This document shows, piece after piece, positions 57,419-64,000 of a DNA stretch of 64,000 nucleotides. A model generated the notes under the pieces. The model was not told where the DNA came from. It was given only the letters and a program-made list of their open reading frames with translations, and did no database searches. This stretch comes from Histomonas meleagridis 2922-C6/04-290x (lineage: Eukaryota > Protista > Parabasalia), in contig JAANOX010000252.1 in assembly GCA_020184695.1 (NCBI GenBank), positions 5,957 to 69,956 on the forward strand, written 5' to 3'. Numbering within the stretch: position 1 is the stretch's first letter; the number at the start of each line of letters is the position of its first letter. Position numbers and translations under genes: made by a program.

Positions 57419-58522
57419 ATGGACGAAAATAACCACGAAATGCAGGATCTTTTTCAAGAAGATGACAATGACACTGAAAAAAAGCAAACCTATTTTGATG
57501 AAGCAGATCTTCCACCTTATAAACCTCCAGAACCAACTCCAAAAAAAGAATTTGAATGGCCTACATGCTTCCCAGAAAATATACTAAGTTTTGTAGCATG
57601 CGGCATTGGTATTGTTTTCTTCACCCTGGTATTCTTTTGTTCTTATTTTATTCCACGCAGTGAATATCTTGAAGCCAAAAAACAAAATCCTCAACTTGAT
57701 TTCTTAGAAGTTGCAACCACACCTCTTGCATTATATTGGACATATTATTGTTGCATAATAATTTTTCTGGTTTCACTTCCACTATTTTTCTTTCTTGATC
57801 ATATTGAAACACCTTCTATATTTCTTATAGTATGCACAATTATTTCTGGCGCAGGCATTTTAGTTTTTGGTATCTTGAGCCCAGTATATATTCGTATAGA
57901 TTCTCTTGTTGATAAAGCAATCAGTCACCAAGTGTCATATTCATCATATGAAAGCGATATTAATGGAACAATTAATGAGCTTCCATATCTTGAAATTGGT
58001 TTTACAGGTGTTTCTATAAAAAGTAGGAAAAAGAAGACAACTTATTACTATTGTTATCCACCAACAATACGTATTAATGCAACAAATGCCTCAACATTAT
58101 ATAACACACCAGAACTTGGTGACTATGCATGGACACAAATCAAATTAAATGCGACATATCCAGAAGGAGCTGAAGAATTTGTCAATCAATATCGAGAAAG
58201 ATATCGAGCGTTTTTGCCAGAGAAAGATCAAAATGGAAGAAAAATCACGTGGACAGACATCAGCGGATTCAAGACAGATTCATATAATTCGGATCTTCGT
58301 ATAATTGGACGAAAGAAATTGGAAGGTAAGTTGAGTCCAGCAGTTGGCCAAACTATGATGGCATTTTGGGCAGGACTCGGATACATATACCGATTGATTG
58401 CGATTCCTTTCTATCATCCAGTGATAAATAAGTACAATATTGAGATCAATACATCAGTTGAAAACATTCTACCCGAAAGTGACGAATTCTTCCAAATTGT
58501 GAGTTTGACGCATTGTAATTAA
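57419..58522 (+). CDS. Multi-TM membrane protein, tandem family copy 1
   Basis: ATG at 57419; three N-terminal TM segments plus a large conserved domain; paralogous to the next two copies. Confidence 0.8.
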   Translation: MDENNHEMQDLFQEDDNDTEKKQTYFDEADLPPYKPPEPTPKKEFEWPTCFPENILSFVACGIGIVFFTLVFFCSYFIPRSEYLEAKKQNPQLDFLEVATTPLALYWTYYCCIIIFLVSLPLFFFLDHIETPSIFLIVCTIISGAGILVFGILSPVYIRIDSLVDKAISHQVSYSSYESDINGTINELPYLEIGFTGVSIKSRKKKTTYYYCYPPTIRINATNASTLYNTPELGDYAWTQIKLNATYPEGAEEFVNQYRERYRAFLPEKDQNGRKITWTDISGFKTDSYNSDLRIIGRKKLEGKLSPAVGQTMMAFWAGLGYIYRLIAIPFYHPVINKYNIEINTSVENILPESDEFFQIVSLTHCN

Positions 58523-58829
58523 TCATTTTTATATACAAGTTAGGGATTTAAAGTGGTCCCATACGTTGTAATACGTTAATAAATTCTTTATGTGTAAACT
58601 TCGTTTTTCTCGATGTCAACATTAACTCAAGCAATGCCACTAGAGGAAACAAACAAAATTAGATGCTATTGGTATTTCCCAGAGATTTACTAGGTCGTTA
58701 TTAAGGGATCCTGATTTCAAGAATTTATAATATAAAAATCACCAACTTTGTTTTCTCCACAAATATGCATCTGAATTCGATTTTGTTACTTTCACTTATA
58801 ATTAACTAGCATTCATCTTTAACATGTGC

Positions 58830-59490
58830 CATAAAACGGTTTCTAGAAGTATATCAAATGGCCCACATAAACCATAACCTTTAGGTCGGCACAGAGTTTA
58901 GAAGAAGATAAAGAAAAAATAATTGTTCAAACCGTTACTATTATAGAAGCATCTAGTGAGGGAAATGCAATGACACCCCATAGGCAGATATTATCTTTTA
59001 TCAAAGAGAAGTTTAATTTGTACATAACAAAGGGATGAATAAATCATTTTATCTTCGAAATAGAGATAAAATTAAAAAATACAGATCTTTTCCTCAAGAA
59101 GACACAAGAATTGCAGTTCCTAGAGAATATTTAAGATATCACTTCCAAAACATGTATAAACATGTTGATGAAATTTAACAGAATTATAATGAAGTAGGAG
59201 CTTCATCTTGGGAAGATCGAAAACCGAAGAAAGTTTTTGTTGATGCCAAAATTAACTTAAACAATGTTCACCATTTTTCAACTAGAAAAGAAATTCATCT
59301 GACACTCCTTACATGTGTTTCAGCAGCAGGTGATGCCCTTACTCCATGTTAATAACAAAACACCTATTTAGTGACGATTTACAGAAAAACGGTTTACAAC
59401 AAGACGAGGATTTAATGATTCGAGTTCGAAATCCACCTTACATCAATTCTGAGTTATTCAATGAATATATTAATGATGGATTGATCAACT
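58830..59490 (+). mobile_element. Degenerate pogo-like DDE transposase remnant
   Basis: Translates to FPQEDTRIAVPREYL, NEVGASSWEDRKPKKV and HLTLLTCVSAAGDALTP with stops and shifts. Confidence 0.8.
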
Positions 59491-60426
59491 AACTCAATCA
59501 GTTAACGTATGGAACCGCTTTAATCTATGGGAGCGTTCGAATCCCAACTGTAAACGTTCGTTTTTACACACAAAGAGCCGAACAACCCGTTTTCATTCAA
59601 AAAACCATAGTGAAATTGGAGGAATAACCGATATGTTTGAATAAATGGTCATTTAATATTTAATAAACAATTTCAAAAAAAAGGGTTACATTTCAAAATA
59701 AAATCATAATATCTTGCTTAAAATAAATTTTAATCGAATTAAAGTATAATTATATATATTATTTTTTTAATGACAGAAGTGTAATCACCTTAATTTAATG
59801 TGTGACAAAAAATCAGTTCTATACGTGAACTTGAATCAACTCAAATTTTTATGAAGCTTACAAAACTATATCATCCATCATGTTTAAATTTTAATCATTT
59901 TTATCGTGAAAATTTTATGAAATTGCATTCATATTAACATTATTTTGAATTTATTATTATTGTTATTCATAATAATTAAATTTATTTTTTATGATTATTC
60001 TTATTGATATTTTATTAATAAATATGTCACCAAAATGTTCCCTTATCATATTACATATTATAATGTTTTCGATTTGCAGCACATTTTAATTAATTAAGAA
60101 AAGTTTTTTGAGGAAGTTAATTTCACACATTTTTCATGATTTAAAATAAAATTGTTTGAAGTTTGTTAAGCATGTTAAAATATAATTGTAATGAGCCGAC
60201 CAGAAAATCACAAAAGAAATGGCGATGGTTTCGATAACGTTAAATTAACCTCACTCAAAAGCACGCAAACATGTTTGTTCAATAAGTATGAAAAACTTCA
60301 CAAATTTCTGAAAAATTCTGAAGAGTTCTGATGATAATAACTAATGACAATTGTCGTTATTTGAATGGTTGAGAAGGTTTGCCGTTGTTTGAATAGTTGA
60401 GTTGTTCTCCATAATTTTTTTGTTCC

Positions 60427-61515
60427 ATGAATGAAAATAAGCTCGAAATGCAAGATCTTTACAAAGAAGATGTTGAATATAAACAAGATTATTGTGATGA
60501 TGCTGATACTCCACCTTATAGTCCTCCAGAACCAACTCCAAAAAAAGAATTTGAATGGCCTAAACCCACAAAGTGCAATATAATAGGTTTTGTAGTATGT
60601 GGCATTTTAATAGTTTTCTTCACAATACTTTTCTTTTGTTCGTTTTTTATTCCACGCAGTGAATATCTTGAAGCCAAAAAACAAAATCCTCAACTTGATT
60701 TCTTAGAAATGGCAACCACACCTCTTGCATTATATTGGACCTATTATTGTTGCTTAATAATTTTTTTGGTCTCATTTCCATTTTATTTCTATATAGAATT
60801 TCGATTCAGTCTCATACTTTTCATCTTGTCCATCCTTTTTCTTGCTGGCGCTTTTTCTTTAGGTATCATAACACCAATAAAAATTCGAAATGATACAACA
60901 GTTGATAAAGCAATCAGTCACCAAGTGTCATATTCATCATATGAAAGCGATATTAATGGAACAATTAATGAGCTTCCATATCTTGAAATTGGTTTTACAG
61001 GTGTTTCTGAATTCAAGGGTAAAGGTGGCACAACTTATTACTATTGTAATCCACCAACATTCCGTGTTAATGCAACAAATGCCTCAACATCATATAACAT
61101 ACCAGAACTTGGTGACTATGCATGGACACAAATCAATTTAAATGCGACATATCCAGAAGGAGTCGAAGAATATGTGAACACATTTCGAGAAAGATATCGA
61201 GTGTTTTTGCCAGAGAAAGATCAAAATGGAAGAAAAATCACGTGGACAGACATCAGCGGATTCAAGACAGATTCATATAATTCGGATCTTCGTATAATTG
61301 GACGAAAGAAATTGGAAGGTAAGTTGAGTCCAGCAGTTGGCCAAACTATGATGGCATTTTGGGCAGGACTCGGATACATATATCGATTGATTGCGATTCC
61401 AGTATATCGACCAGTGATAAATAAGTACAATATTGAGATCAATACATCAGTTGAATATATTCCACCTGAAAGTGACGAATTCTTCCAAATTGTGAGTTTG
61501 ACGCATTGCTATTAA
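60427..61515 (+). CDS. Multi-TM membrane protein, tandem family copy 2
   Basis: Long stretches identical to copy 1. Confidence 0.8.
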   Translation: MNENKLEMQDLYKEDVEYKQDYCDDADTPPYSPPEPTPKKEFEWPKPTKCNIIGFVVCGILIVFFTILFFCSFFIPRSEYLEAKKQNPQLDFLEMATTPLALYWTYYCCLIIFLVSFPFYFYIEFRFSLILFILSILFLAGAFSLGIITPIKIRNDTTVDKAISHQVSYSSYESDINGTINELPYLEIGFTGVSEFKGKGGTTYYYCNPPTFRVNATNASTSYNIPELGDYAWTQINLNATYPEGVEEYVNTFRERYRVFLPEKDQNGRKITWTDISGFKTDSYNSDLRIIGRKKLEGKLSPAVGQTMMAFWAGLGYIYRLIAIPVYRPVINKYNIEINTSVEYIPPESDEFFQIVSLTHCY

Positions 61516-61547
61516 TCATTTTTATATAAATGTTTGATCTTATAAAC

Positions 61548-61616
61548 TTTTTTTTTTTTTTTTTTTTTTTTTTGTTTTTGTTTTTTGTTTTTGTTTTTGT
61601 TTTTGTTTTGTTTTTG
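61548..61616. repeat. T26 followed by (GT5)n-like tract
   Basis: Direct reading, ~30 nt after the copy 2 stop. Confidence 0.85.
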
Positions 61617-62176
61617 AAAATTGAAATTATACGGATTGCACATGAGTGCTCCCCAATTTTGCTGGAATGAACAGTTTTGAAATATCAATAATTTTGGTGC
61701 AGAGATATTTTCAAATATTTCAACACATAAATCAATCAACATCTACGTAAAAATTAAATGAAATAATGCACATAAGTGCACATTAGGGTTGGACTCTACG
61801 TAGAGTTTTATCAAATGAAATAATATATCCAACATAAAAAAACATGCCTGAATATAATGGAATCAAAGACAAAGGAGTTGTAATAAATGCTTTTACAAAT
61901 AAATGTATTTTTGGTTACTTTATTATTATTTGTTTCCCAAAAAACGAATAATAACAGACAACAACTTCTTAAGAAGTTTTAAAAACCACAAAAGGGTCTG
62001 CAGAAATTGCTTCAAAATCAGTTAGTTCCACTTGTTTTGGGCGCTTGAGATAAAATTTCAATTTTGAACGTCTCTACGGTTATAAAGCTTTTTAAGAGAA
62101 ACCTCCACAACACCCAAAGAAAAATTCTGAAGAAGATCGGCCTCTACGTGCAAATTTTTATCATTTTTCTTGGTTA

Positions 62177-63269
62177 ATGAGCAATGTTGAAATTAAACTA
62201 GAAATGGAAGATATTCTCAACGAAGATGCCAACGACACTAAAAATGACCTACCTTGTGATGATGAAGATCTTCCACCAGATATGATTCCAACAGAGCCAG
62301 AAAATTTGTATGGCCTGACGTCACACAGTGTACTGTAATAGGTTTTGTAATCTGCCGCCTTTCCCTAGCTTTCTTTCCAATCCTTTTCTTTGTCTCATAT
62401 TTTATCTCACGCAGTGAAGATCTTGATGCCAAAAACAAAAATCCTGATCATGATTTCTTGGAAATGCAAACCACTCCTCTTGCATTGTATTGGACCCTAT
62501 TACTGTTGCATAATGGTTCTTCTATTCTCACTTCCATTCCTATTTTATTTTGAATGTGAATTTCCAATTCTGTTAGTGGCCGTTGTTTTTTTCGGGTCAG
62601 CCGTTTTAGTTTTTTGCATCGTAAGCCCTATGTATATTCGTAATGATTCTTATGTCGACAAAGCAATTTCTTACCAAACACCATATTCGACATATGAAAG
62701 CGATATTAACGCCACAATTAATGAGCTCCCATATCTTGAAGTTGGTTTTTGGTTTTTCTTCACAAAAAAAGAAGAAGTTCACATATTACTACTATTGTGA
62801 TCCACCAAGAGTCCGTATTAATGTAACAAATGCTTCAACATCATATAACTTACCAGAACTTGGTGACTATGCATGGACACAAATCTATTTAAATGCGACA
62901 TATCCAGAAGGAGTCGAAGAATATGTGAACACATTTCGAGAAAGATATCGAAAATATTTACCATCGAAAGATCAAGCTGGATTAAAAATCACGTGGACAG
63001 ACATCAGCGGATTTAAAACAAAATCATATGATTCAAGTCTCCGACTCATTACAAGAAAGAAATTGGAAGGCGGAATGAGTCCAGCAGTTGGCCAAACTAT
63101 GATTGCGTTTTGGGCAGGACTCGGATACATATATCGATTGATGACAATTCCTTTCTATCGACCAGTGATAAATAAGTTTGATATCGAGATCTCGAATGCA
63201 TCAGTGGAATATATTCCAGAAGAAGGTGACGAATTCTTCCAACTTGTGAGTTCGGTAAGATGTGATTAA
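62177..63269 (+). pseudogene. Tandem family copy 3, multiply frameshifted
   Basis: ATG at 62177 after TCATT at 62161; homology is split over at least three frames. Confidence 0.75.
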
Positions 63270-64000
63270 TCATTTTTATATAAACATTTGATTTTATATT
63301 ATATTTGTTTTTTTATTATGTAATTATAATAATAATGTTATCAGCCTTCTTTGAAAATTAATTGTTTCAAGAAATGTTATTGTTTGGTTATGAAATTTTA
63401 TAATTTTCAATTACAAAACTATATATGGATATTTTTTTAAAATTGATTTATCTTATTTACATTATATAATGCATACATCTCAATACCTATGAAAAACAAT
63501 TTGTTGGAGGTAATTTAATAATCGAATGACAGATTCATTGGTGCAAATGAAAAATTCATCCATTAATGGATTAAAAAAGTTCGACAAAATGTAGATGAAC
63601 GAGCAATGTTGGCACAATTGCGACAAATAATCAACCTCTTTTTAATAACCGCGTATGATCAACGTTGTATTTAATGTTATTTCTTTATAAACATTATATA
63701 TGATATATAATTTGATTTTATTGAATCATGAACTTTCATATCAAACTACTTCACACTCTGTACCTGCTTATTGTGAAATTTTTTGTAAATTAATTTGAAT
63801 CAGATTTTAAGAAAACAAATAACTTAGGAAGGCAATTGAGTTTATTTAAATGATCATTCTTCCATAATAATAATAGTTCACATTCATTAACCATTGCGTG
63901 CTAAATTCGAATAAAAATTAACAACAACATGCAAAAGAAAGTACTCCATTATTTCAAAGTTTGAGATCGATACAATGCACTTAGCGAGTATTTCCAAAAT

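Noticed and set aside
59505-59560. tRNA-like GTTCGAATCCC (related TCGAATCCCAA on the minus strand near 43230)
   Set aside because: No cloverleaf, D-arm or acceptor stem. Both lie within or next to transposon sequence.

Overview
AT-rich eukaryotic DNA, most likely from a parabasalid (Tritrichomonas-like). This is inferred from TCAYT initiator motifs just upstream of ATGs, BspA-type LRR surface proteins, DUF3447-type ankyrin genes and trichomonad pogo-like DDE elements. Ordinary genes include TFIIS, VPS16, a DH-PH-kelch RhoGEF, a RasGAP, a VPS9 protein, an Hsp70, a C2 protein and a RING protein. There are also a TIR/TA-bounded pogo-like transposon, two probable bacterial gene transfers (CofE-like ligase, fimbrillin-like domain) and several pseudogenes. 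The standout feature is in three ankyrin-repeat loci (12.4-14.3 kb minus, 18.5-21.2 kb minus, 50.7-53.6 kb plus). Each 30-codon repeat core is followed by an ~80-nt AT-rich insert that parses as four units of [17-nt non-GT-AG spacer + one codon]. Joining the isolated codons restores the missing ankyrin hairpin residues D-x-x-G-x-T-A-L (e.g. AQD-EEGN-TAL, KKD-KNGN-TAL, IQN-NYGW-TAL). Two inserts lack exactly one or two spacers with the codons fused. This points to a processing system I do not recognise as described: tiny non-canonical introns with 3-nt microexons, or serial ribosomal/polymerase hopping. The mechanism cannot be determined from DNA alone.
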